From Catajapyx aquilonaris (Eukaryota): a stretch of DNA of 23,370 bases. The notes under the pieces were generated by a model, which had not been told where the DNA came from, did no database searches, and saw only the letters and a list, made by a program, of their open reading frames with translations. The stretch is from assembly GCA_000934665.2 (NCBI GenBank), contig JYFJ02001276.1, forward strand, positions 62,001 to 85,370, written 5' to 3'. Position 1 is the first letter of the stretch. Each line of letters begins with the position of its first letter. The position numbers were made by a program, and so were the translations under genes. Of the stretch, positions 1-12,000 are shown one piece after another.

Positions 1-56
1 CTCAGGCCCTTCTCGACTTGAACCAAGAGCTGGTTGCACTCACGCATGTTTTTCAC
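1..56 (-). CDS. DNAH1: Dynein heavy chain exon, truncated by the window (VKNMRECNQLLVQVEKGL)
   Basis: ctccag acceptor at 58-57. Phase 0 continuation of ...DQKL, matching the conserved CNxLLxxVQKGLSxYLE segment. Confidence 0.85.
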   Translation of the reverse strand, partial: MKNMRECNQLLVQVEKGL

Positions 57-3000
57 CTGGAGTTATGGGTTGGAGAGGGATCAGGGATTTCGAGGTGATT
101 AGGGTTACATTTTTTGAACATGGCTACAATATTTCGCAAAGGCCGTTATGAGTCATGTCATGAGGGTATTTACAAATTACTACGGATTTACAAGGAGACA
201 GAATGCAGGATTGACAATATCATTTTAAAAACTGACAGTAGTAGAAGCAATTGGTATACAGTATATAAATCTCAGTTTAAAACACTAAAAACAAAGTGGG
301 CATTAAAAACAAAAATAAAATAAATTCATAAATCATTACAATACCAGCTTCTGGTCGGCACAAAAGTCGATTAATTGTGGGTTTTCCTTTGCATTCTTCA
401 TAACTCTCCTCCACGTCCTCTCCATGCTCTGAAACAGCTTTGTCTCAAGGGGGAGCTGCTGGGCTATGTCTGGGCTAGAGAAGATGGCCTCTAAATAAAG
501 CCAGCTTCTCTGGCACTCCACCCACTGCTCCAATGCATCCTGGGCCAGGCGAAGCTTCTTCTCCCATTCCATGATCCTCGTCACAAAGGCCTCTCTGTAG
601 GGGCTAAACACCATGGCCTGAGTCATCACAATATGGTCATCCAGCTGTTGGGTCACTTCCTCAGGGCAACTCATGATGTATGTGCCTGTGTCCTTGTATG
701 GCATGATGTCCAGCATGATGGGTTCCCACTCATGCTGCATCTTGTCCAGGGTTTGCTCAATGGCATATTCTTTTCCAGCCGTCTCACCAATGCGAGCAAT
801 GGCATCCACATAAGTGGATAGCCCCATCTGCAAGCACTTCTCAAAGTTCGTAGTAGTTTTGACCACAAGTTTAATGCCAGTCTCATCAGAGAGCTGTTCC
901 CAGTGGCGCTGGCGCATTCCAGGATTCCGTAGGGCTTGGATAAGAGGGAGGTGCTGCTTGAAGTCGTCCAGCTGAATCTTGGTGTCTTCCGCAATGATGC
1001 GCACATTGTCAAGCTCCACAAATGTTCTTATGCACTTTGCCATATTACGTGATGACTCTATCAAAGTCTTCTCTACAATGTCTGGGTCCACAGATGACAT
1101 TGGGTCTTTCAGCCAGCTGTCACGCAGCTTCATCCACTCAGCAACAGTGACCCACAAGGACCTGTCATTCAAGTTATTTTAGTTTTTTATAAGTACAATG
1201 AAGTTAACTATGTTTTCAAAATGATGCTATTCTTGTGACTAGTTATATGCAGAATCTCAATCGCACATGATATATTACCCCACGGCTTTCTTGGGGATTT
1301 CTGAATATTATCTTCTTCCACCATTTTCGTCGCTCAAACTTTTTATATAGGGTAAATCGGGCAAGTGCAGACGGATTTTGATTAGGTGCAGTATAAAGGC
1401 ATGCTACTTCCTCAGTAATTAGCTCATGAGGAAAAAAAGGAATGGATCATATACCTTACCTGATTGGCTTTCAAAATGACATCTTGTACAACATTCATCT
1501 ATGTGGGTACTACGAAAAATAATTAAAATATGCACATGGTGCACAGTGACACACTTGCCCCGCAACATGGGGCAAGTGCGACTTTGGAATTTTATCACAG
1601 TAATAAACATTTTTCAGGTTGGATAGGACTGGTGCCACAAAGACACAAACTTCCTCTGTCAGTCTGTGTTTTCCAAATAAAAATTTACCAACTAGTTATT
1701 TCAGGACAAACTTTTATTCACTGAGACTATGAAACAGATTGGCTAACAGTACTGGCATTATCTGATTTAAATGCATCATGTCAAAGTGTTTTCACACCAG
1801 TGTTCGAAATTAGCCTGTCACCAGTCACGGACTATCCATTGGTGACCACAAAAATACGTCTTGTCACCTCTTCTGGCGACATATAACTTTATTCCTCAAA
1901 TATTGCATTTAGATCCACATATCCGTATTAATTGGGTATGCACTTGCCCCTGACGATGCCTAGTAAGGGTCAAGTGCGTCACCCTTTAAAAAACCATCCT
2001 AATTATTCCACCAAAACAGAAGAAGAACAGCATGACAGTACACCTTAACCTCTTACATATACAGTGCCGGAGCAGTTACGCAGCATGAGATTCAAGACTC
2101 GTCAGAAATCCTGTAAAAGATACTTACATACTCACCGGAAAAGTTCAAAAGCCATCTTGACCTTGGCGACAATTTTTAAATCAATGCCATGTGACAAAAA
2201 AGAAACGATCATGCTACTGTTTGCAGAGTGGGCAAAGGTCGTCGAGAACTTTTACGTGATTTTTGATAGCTCCATATATTAGAAGCAATGACGCACTTGC
2301 CCCATTTACGCACTTGCCCTGCTTTACCCTACTTATGATAGGGGTTAATGAAACTGAATAAGGCAAGATGAATAAATCACGTGTACTGTACTTCACTTTG
2401 AGATCAAAGACACCATTTGCCTATAAATTACCACGGAACAGAAGAACTAAGCCACTATTGACAGCAACGGAAATCAATGTAGAAGTTACAGATTGAGTTA
2501 TCATATCTCTTCTCTTCAGGTATAGAGATGTGTTTGCAAACATTTATATTGCTTCAGAAAATTTTACAATATGGCAGCATATGAATTACTCAGAAAAATG
2601 AACACATTTCATGAGAACAAATTAAGCGGGAAATCTCCAATTATGTCAAATAACGTACTGTGAACACATAACTGCAATAGTTTGAGATTTTCCCTTATTT
2701 TCATTCATGCAACTGGCCCTTAGTTTGCTTTAAATTACAAAATTACAATGAGAACTTACTTTAAATTTGATTTAAATTTTGAAAGGTGTGTGTGACAGTG
2801 GCATATGTACCAATCTACTTCAATTAGTTCCTTCTGACACTTGTGTCAGCAGTGCACTTTGGCATCCAGGACTACAAGAAAATACCCGCAATTGTTACAT
2901 AATGAGCATAAAATCTAGCTAACCTGTAAGGTTCCATTTCCTTAAGTAATCGGTTAAGCCCTTCATTAGCCTGCAAAGGCAACCCAAAAAGCAGCTGGCG

Positions 3001-6000
3001 CTCATTGAGTTTATTTGCTGTGTCTTCACATTCCTTGGCTTGTTTCCATAAGCGACGAACCTCCTGAGCTGTTTCCTGTGCACGTCCAATGTCTGTGTAT
3101 GCTCCAAGAGCTGCAGTGGCCATCCCCAAAGAGTCAATTCGATCATTGAGGGCAGCCCAGTCAGCCTGCTGTAGTTTCAACATCTTAGTAGTTTCTTCAT
3201 CTAGGCTGGAAGTGACTTCCACCAGAGCCTGGGCCAATTGCCGAGGCCAACCAACCATTTGCCACCTCCTGCTTGCTTCCTCATTGCTTAACTGCACCCA
3301 CATACGTTCAAGCAAATCATAGTCTGCCATGGCTGCTTTAGAAACATCTTCTAGAACCTTGGACAGAGCTGGAACCCCTTCCATCCATTGACGGAGATCT
3401 GCCACATCCTTGATATCTGCTGGCTTGCTCTGCAGCTTACGCATCATTCCAATATACTCCGAGCATACACTACCAGTGCGATCAAACACCTTGCGGCAGA
3501 AGGCAGCCAACAACTCTGCATACATGGCCCGGCGTCGTTGGATTAATTGGGACCTCACAGCATCCATGCTCACATAAAAGGGACCCACTGGCTGGTTTGA
3601 AGGAAGTTCTGCCTCTAAGGAAGCAAGGTGTACCTTCTGGCTCTCTAACTCATTGCCCACCTCGGCAGCACTGCGATCTGCCAGTTTAAAATCCTGCATG
3701 GTTAGATGAAAATAAATACATGCTCAAAGCTCAACTGAAGAACTCAATTCATCTTTGGTGTTGTTGATATCAGAAACGCCAGTCACATTTAAAAATCTGA
3801 CATGCCTGGCTGGTATCACCAAACTAAATAACTGCTCATAAGAACTTCTAGTAGGCCTAGTAGGTATACAGAAGAATGGAGCACTGGTACATTCATATGA
3901 GAAGGAACTGCTCACTGAGCAAAGCCAGAAGAATTGGACATTTACCATTGTAACCGTCCATTGCCATTTACTTGACAGAATCTGGATCATTTACCTTTGC
4001 TTCCCATTCCTTCGCACATGTCTCCCATACTGATTCGTACTCCCTCCTTTCAGAACACCATAGTCGGAATGATTCACAATTTCAATCAATTTATAATATG
4101 CATGAGCAGTTGGAGACTCACATGGTACCCATATCAGTAAAATGTTCCAGAGGTTTATCAAATGCTGTAGAGTGAGTATGACAATCATCGTTTTAAAGAT
4201 AGGAGTGTTCCCTCTGACATGTGCCAACCCGAGCTCCATTCAGGGGCGAGTGTGTAATCAACTGTTGTTTAAGCTCTGCCTAAGAGCTGAGATCTGTCTT
4301 TGTTTGGACTATTCTCCAGACTTTTGAAAGTGAATAACCATGCACAAAATCTTGTACATGAGATTGGATATCCCTGAATCTCAGTTTTCACACTGAGTCA
4401 GGTGATTGGCAATTTGACTTTCATTGGTGGGCATGGCCCTTAGGACATTTTGCCCAGTCATTGGCATTTGGGCCACCTTAACTTTCATCATAACTAAATA
4501 TATAAACTAGTTTGACTACCAGTCAGCTGGTACAACATTCGAGTTGCAGATGGCATCAAAATAATATGTCTTCTTACCGCAATGTATGTGACAGGGTCCA
4601 GCTCAAACAACTTTTGGTATCTTTTCATTCTGACCAGTAGTGCCTCCAAAGGAACAACGCAAGATTTGAGGCAGGTCCTGACCCTTTCTCTTCTGTCCTC
4701 CATCAGTGTTTCTATCAGTCCAACAGACCCCAGGCACAGGTTCTCCTCAAAGCGCAGGTTTTGCATTAGCAACGGCTCAACATCTGGGATAGTGTGGCTG
4801 GCCCTTAGTGCAGTGTCCATGGCCAAAATCACTGCATCCTTTTCAAAAAAGACAAATAAAATTAAAACATCAAACACATTTGGCTTAAGTATGCGCAACA
4901 TCTATCCAATCTAAGTTTAATTGTCTCATCATATGACTAATATGCTATTAAACTCCTTTAGTATAAACAATTATCTTATCGCATATCTGCAGTGATCAAT
5001 AAAATTGTGTGGCATTTTCTTAGTGATAAAGGATTGAAAAGTCAAAATACTGTATCCTTCCAACTTATCATTTTTCAGCAACAGACAAAAACACATGACA
5101 TATGGCACAGTGCAGTGGGACCACAGATTTTTGAATCCACAGATTCAACCAACCGCACGGATCTAAAATACTAATATTCGGAAAAAGGAGCATGAATTTC
5201 CAAAGTGCAACAGTGATTTGTTGTGTGATGAGCACTTCAATGCAGTAGAGCAACTATTTACTTAGCATTATAAGTGATCTAGAGATGATTTAAAGTATAC
5301 AGGAGGATATGCACAGGTTTTGTGTATACTGTATGCAGTATACTACACCATACAATATATTGAGCATCTGCAGAAGGTCCAGAACCTTATAAAAAACCAA
5401 AGGATCTGAAAAATGTTCATGACAGATTATGTGTTAGATCATTAGACAAAATGCATAGAAGGACCAAAAAGGAACATACTGGAAATGGCAGAAAGATACA
5501 TAGTATTGTATTGTATTCTAGTGTAGTAGTGTATTATGTTATGTAATGAGGTTTCGGAAAAAAAATATTTTCGTAGAGGGTCGGCCAAGCGGCACGAGCC
5601 GCAGGTTGACCCTGGAATAAATAAATGCCTACAACAACAACAACAACATAGAAGGACCAAAAAGGAACATACTGGAAATGCCTCCGGTGGAGTCGAGTAT
5701 TGTGTAGAAGTTGCATCCACCTTGAGCTCAATAAAAAACAGAGGGTATCCTTTTGGCTTGAATGGAGTCTGATGGAGATCTTCACTCCATACCAGGTCTG
5801 ACGGGCAATCCCAAGTGCAGCGGGTGAGATCTTCAATCCCCTTTACTAGTTGGTATGTTGATAAGTAAACCAGTGATCTAAGTGTGTCCTGAGGGCAAGC
5901 AAGAATACAAGTTACATCTATTATTATTCATAAACCTTCCAATGAAACTATTACAAAATGCATTATCAAACTGCAGAGATATGCAAGGTGCTCAGAAAAT

Positions 6001-9000
6001 GTTGCACCTCCCTCCTCCAGCCTTTTATTCATCACGAAATATTTAAATAACTGCAGCCGATGCTGGCATGGAGCACGTCAATTTGAAGCTTCTATAATTA
6101 TGGACCTTTAATTTAGTCCCAGTATGATTTCACATAGTTTCCAATCATCCCTCCACTTCCTGATCAAAGTTTTCAGCAAAATATGTCAGTATGCATTCTT
6201 GATTCACATACCTCTACTATTTAAGGCCTCGAGTGGCATGAAATTGATGATCAATTGCAATGTCATTACCCTTGAACTATTCTTACATCATGCTGAAGCA
6301 CGAAATTATATTACCTGCAATAAAATATTATCAGCATGCTCAGAAATAAGCAGAGAATAGGAGTGTGATCTGAGTTTCAGATCTTCCCTCAGTTTTCACT
6401 AAAATTGTCAAAAGATAATAATGAGTAATCCTGGATCAGATTCAAATTGGTGGACTTCAAGTAATTACTCAAGTCATCTAGTAACATCATGTTGTTAGCA
6501 CATGCTTTGAAGTATTAATAACTTATTCATACCTCCTGACACAGTTCTCTTTGGGAATGATTCTCAAAATCAGAGGCAGCACATTCTGTGCCACAAAAAA
6601 TGAATGGAACATGTACTACATCAGACAAACTTCTTTTTTTTTTTTTGCTATATGTAGATATTTTACATGGTGAATCATCACTGCCTGGCAGACCTCTGAT
6701 ATCATCAACAGGTAACATTGTGTCACTTCACAAGAAGAGCAAATGCATTTCCAAGCCCTTTCTCAAAGAGTGTCGAAATGTCCTACTACTTATAACCATA
6801 CATCAAATCTTAAAATAGTGGATAGATTTGGCTCATGCCTTCATGGTAAAGTTGATTCTTGTCATGAGCTTGGAGAGCTTAGCAAGTAAGTAGATCTCCC
6901 ATCTGTGCTCATGTATGTTGTACCACCCTTCAAGTATAGGTCCTAGCTTTTCCTTGAGCATGTTGACCACATTGGGCACCCACATCTCCTGCAGGTAGTT
7001 CAAGGTCTGCTGAAGCTGAGTCTGCTGCAAGGAGATGTATTCCTCCAGACGTGATGGACGTGCAGCTCCCAAAGTGAACAATGGGACTCGCGTAGTTTTC
7101 TCACACATAGTCATCAGTTCAACCAGGGCAGCCAGTACTTCTGGTTGTGTCAAGAGACTCATAAAACGCATCTTGCGCTTTCTCTCTGCAAAGTTGTACT
7201 CAGGTACCTGAGAGGAATGCATTTGCATGTTAATCAGGTACTGCACATACACTCCTAGTCAACATCCCAGTAAGTACAGTACAACATAATGCAGTGATTC
7301 TGTGGGTATAAAATGGATGAGGTCTAAGGCACTGACATAACAAATCCTCTGTCTACAAACAGTTACCAATCATGATTTATCAATTGATTATAATAAATGA
7401 GTGCACCCCTTTAAAGTCATGTGCCATTCCTTTCCTCACCAAAATATTTATTGCACAGTGCCATGCAATGAGCATATCTTATATTCTTTTCGCAATACTG
7501 TTAGAGGTTAGACCCACCTTCACTTTCCCATTAGCAGGGACCTCAACATGTTCCTCTGGAAGTAGGAACAGGAAAGGTACCCACTCTGCATGTTCATTGG
7601 CCACTCGCTTGAAGAAGGCAATAGCATTGGCAGAAGCATAAAATCGCTGCACCTCTGCCTGGGTCCTGGGAAGAGCATCTGGGGGGAGGGTGGATGCCTT
7701 CCAGCCACCAAATGCAATCTTAGTAATCCTCCATAGAACTTGTGGGGTAAGTTCTATTCCTGCAGATTGGCTAGGCAAACAGTCCAGTGCCAACCGAAAC
7801 CTGATCAGGGCTTCTGTGGCAGCCCGGCGATCAGCTGCATCCACTAGGCGAGCAACATGCAGGCGAGGGTCCTCAGCATCAAATATCAGGTAGGGTCGAG
7901 CAACCCACTCTTCTCTAAAGGGCCAATTATCCAGACAGTCAACCAGCCACAAATCCCTGTGGGGATTAACTCACAATAATATCACATTGCATTCAGTTCT
8001 TTAGACCACAACACTCCTTTCTCATGCAGTCATGCTCAGCCAGATAACCCACCTAAGAGTGCAACAAGCTGCTTAAAACTTCCTCTACCTACATTTGTTT
8101 TTCCTCAAGTCAAGAAACCCTTACAAATTCATCACTGAATATTGCAGAAGTATTGTTTCACAGTAACCTTTAAGCATGGCATGATTGATGGTAATAAACC
8201 GAACACTGTTACACCCCACCTCATGGTCTGTCATGGTGTAGTCAACATCTCTTCCTACCTCAAACCAGCATGACATAGAAATGCAATTTTTCAGTTACAC
8301 AGAATTAACACTTAACATACAGCAGCTGATATTGTCCTCCATTCAAAAGGAAACTGCATAACATAAAATCAATGCTCCGATTGGCATCTTTTGTGTGGAA
8401 ACTAACAAGCTTGCACAAACACAGGCACTTACGTTTGTGGGTCATAATCCTTGACAGCCACATTAGCCCAGGAGTGCAGGCTGAACGGCTGGTGCAGCTT
8501 CCCGAAATCATCTGAACTCAAAGATTTTCTGCTGCTCTCTGGCAGCCTCTTTCTAACTACTTTCTCCATTTGGGGTGGACAGGCAGGCTCTATAGTTGCA
8601 TTAGAAAGGTGCTCCTTTTTCTCATAAAGGCCCAGGGTACTTTGGACGAGGTACCCCACACGTACTTCCCCTTTCGTGGTGTGGGACTTGACTCCCAAGA
8701 CAGGCAAATAATGCTGGTAGATGTCTGGATTGGTTGACATACCATAAAACAGCTTTCGAGGTGCTGGTCCTTCCTGGGAAGTTTTTGATGACAATGACAT
8801 CTTTGAGGTCATCTGCACAGATGTATCAGATAGGCCAGCGGATTGCAGAGTTGATGAGCTGCTGCTAATTGATTCTCTCCTGTTATAAAAAGAGCATAAT
8901 GTGCCTATATTAAGAACATGCACATACAGGGTGGGGCAAAAGCGGATTAAAACGACAAGAGCATGACGTAAGTAACGAACAGTTATATTTTTTAAAAATT

Positions 9001-12000
9001 ACACTACACAGAGAACGATATGACATTTATGGATCGAGGTCCAAAAAAGTCACTTCTTGAAAACAACACCAGAGAGATGTCCACCTTTGCTGGCAACACA
9101 TTATTCCTCCAAACGCCGGACGATACCCTTCATAACGCGCTCCAGCATGTCCAGGGGAATGTTTCTTCAGCATGTCTTATCTGCGATCCTTAAGATCAGC
9201 CAATGACTGAGGTGGTGTGGCGAACACCAAACAAATTAAAAGTCAAATGTTTCCTGGGCGGGTCATTTTGAGATTTGGGGACATTCCATGGCCACCGCGG
9301 TCGCCGGATGTGACCACCCCCGACTTCTTCTTGTGGGGGTACCTGAAGAGTTTGGTGTTCGCCACACGTCCTCAGTCATTGGCTGATCTTAAGGATCAGG
9401 TAAGACACGCCGTGAGAAACATTTCCCTGGACATGCTGGAGCGCTTTATGAAGGGTTTCATCCAGCGCTTGGAGGAATGTGTTGCCCGCAAAGGTGGACA
9501 TCTATCCGGTGTTGGTTTCAAGAAGTGACTTTTTTGGACCTTGATCCATAAATGGCATATCTTTCTCTGTGTAGTGTAATTAAAAATATATATAATTGTT
9601 CGTTACATGTGCCCATGACTTTTGCCCCACCCTGTATAAGTCACACCTGCACACAGATCTAATTTCCTTTTGTTATTTCAGTGAATATTCCTATATTTAT
9701 TAATTTGCAACCTACATCCAGATCAATTCCTTAGCATATGATCATATCTTGTGACCTAAATGCAGCTCATCTTAGCAGCCATTCAATGTAAGACAATTTT
9801 TTTCAAAAAGGCTGTGAGCTTTTAAACTCTAAAAGGTGCAAGGAGAAAGATTCTGGAAGGCACTTTCAGACAGCAGTGTCTGTGAAATCATAATTCATTA
9901 CAAAGAAACCATTTTACAGAACAAGTTTCTGCTGCATGCAACAGAAAAATAACAAAAATCCTGCAAAGGGACCAAAGAAAAATTCAGCAATGGGGAAGTT
10001 CCCACTGAATCGAGGGTCCATAATGTAGGATACTATAAAGATGTTAATTACTGTGTCGCATGCTTATGGCTCTTTTGCTTCCTCATTATCAAAGAACGGA
10101 TATCTAGGTTTTTACAGACTACTTTTTCTTTTGTAGGAAGAGCACCGGGATCAAAATATCTATCCATTTCATAACACTAGGACCTTAAAAATCGTAGTGT
10201 TATAAAACCTAAAATTGCCTATTTTGGAAGTTAGGACCTATATGGCCTATTAGCATCTATTTTCACCGATTTAAGCCTTTTTGATGCATTTGCGTAATAT
10301 TTTCGACAGTTTTCCAGTGTTTTCCGTTCAAGTCATCCCTCCCCTCTTCAACCTGTGAATAGCGAAGCCTATAGACATGTCGGATGAACTGGCTGTACGA
10401 GGCATTTAACTTTTCAAGAATGACCCAGTTGCTTTGTGTGACATAGAAAAATTATTGTCAGCATAATTATGAAGCTGTACTGTCATACAGGTATTGCTGA
10501 CAAATAATATTTAAAAAAAATTAAAATATGGAACAACTGAAGACACAGGGGAAAAACGGGGAATGTCACATTCCGTTGGGGGTTCCTGCCAAGTGCACAG
10601 TACAATAGTAGCATAGGTGACACTTATACCTGGAGGCTTTCCATGGGTACAAGGGTGACAGTTGCATATAATGACGTGAAGATATCCCTATTATTCTTTA
10701 GACACGTGAAGAAATAAAGCTATTTCTTCGATTTTTCATGGAGATTTTTTCTGTGACATTCCCCGTTTTTCCCCTGTGCTCTTCAACTGCTAATATGTTC
10801 CTGTGTTTCAAAATTACATGGCCAAGAGTAGGCTGTAATGTTGCATGGGACTGAAAATAAATTAGGACCTGCTTGATTTTTAGTGCATATTTAAGAGCCT
10901 ATTTTAACTGTTTTCAGGACCTAAATATTCCTACCTATTTGAGAGTTTTTTAGAACATAGAAATCCGTTCTCTGCTCATTATTATCATTACTGAAAATCA
11001 GCATAATATAGTTAACTGATAAGATGGCTGAAAGAGAGGGAGAAAGAAATCCTGAATGTTTCTTCCTTTCCTGTGCAATCACAGCTCATATTTATTTTTT
11101 AAATAGTTCACATATCTCCCGTATGGTGTCTCCCATCAACATGTAGAATGCCATAACTTGCAGCATTGCAATCACAATCATAATGAACATTGTGACAGTC
11201 TTTAACAGATCTAACAGGGAACAGCAAGGTTCCGTGGGCTCTCTATAAATGATTTCGCAAATCTATTTTCAGTATAATGGCTGATTTATTTGTCATGAAA
11301 AATCCAGAGCACAATGATTCACTGTTATGGGTTTAATATTCAAAATAGGATTTTCATGCATGCATGTTGTCAAAGTTATGTAAAAAAAAGTTCTGGGACA
11401 ACAAAAAGGTTGAGTGTAAACTACAATAAAATGAAGAGTTACCCTTACTTTTCAACCAACTGCTCTGAAGGCTGTGAGGAATCAGGAAGCACATCATCGT
11501 CTTTGGCAGACAAAAAAGCTCTGGCTGGAATGGGATTACGCTGATATTCTCCTTCTATCTTCCCCAGCAGAAGCCACTCTTCAGGGGTCCTCGAATCAAA
11601 ATCCTTGTCATCAAACATCTCCAATGGAAGGTGCGGGACACCACGATCTGAAGCCAATTCTGGATCTGGAGGTGGTACTAGCAAAGCATCCACCAACCCT
11701 GCATCCAGCAGCATCTCTTCCAAATCCAGAGAAGCATAGAAACGCCTCCGACGTTCAACCACAACTTCATGAGGGCATGCCCCAGGAGGTGCAGCCCATG
11801 CCACTTGGACTTTGGGTTTCACAGTTTCATGTTGAAATACCTGAAGGAAGAATATGCAATAAATCTTTTTCAAGTTTTCAGGCAGGCGGCCTCTCTCCTA
11901 TCCTTCTTCCCTCATTTCAGCTAAGCACATAATAGCAGAAAAAACTAGGGAAAGAATTCATCAAATCATTCCACATCACCACATGCCAACAAATAAGAAA

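Noticed and set aside
1798..1885. CAGTGTTCGAAAT start with TGGCGAC motifs, suggesting a further nested hAT-like end
   Set aside because: No matching opposite terminus or TSD could be found.
4225..4265. Possible tRNA-derived SINE head on the minus strand
   Set aside because: A and B boxes are too degenerate and no cloverleaf forms.
6355..6445. TAGGAGTGTGATCTGAG...ATCCTGGATCAG, reminiscent of a degenerate MITE
   Set aside because: The inverted match is too weak, with no TSD or second copy in the window.
9217..9528. 103-aa ORF as a functional transposase or host gene
   Set aside because: It is only the C-terminal fragment, lacks the DNA-binding domain and the first two catalytic aspartates, and starts at a GTG inside the inverted arm.
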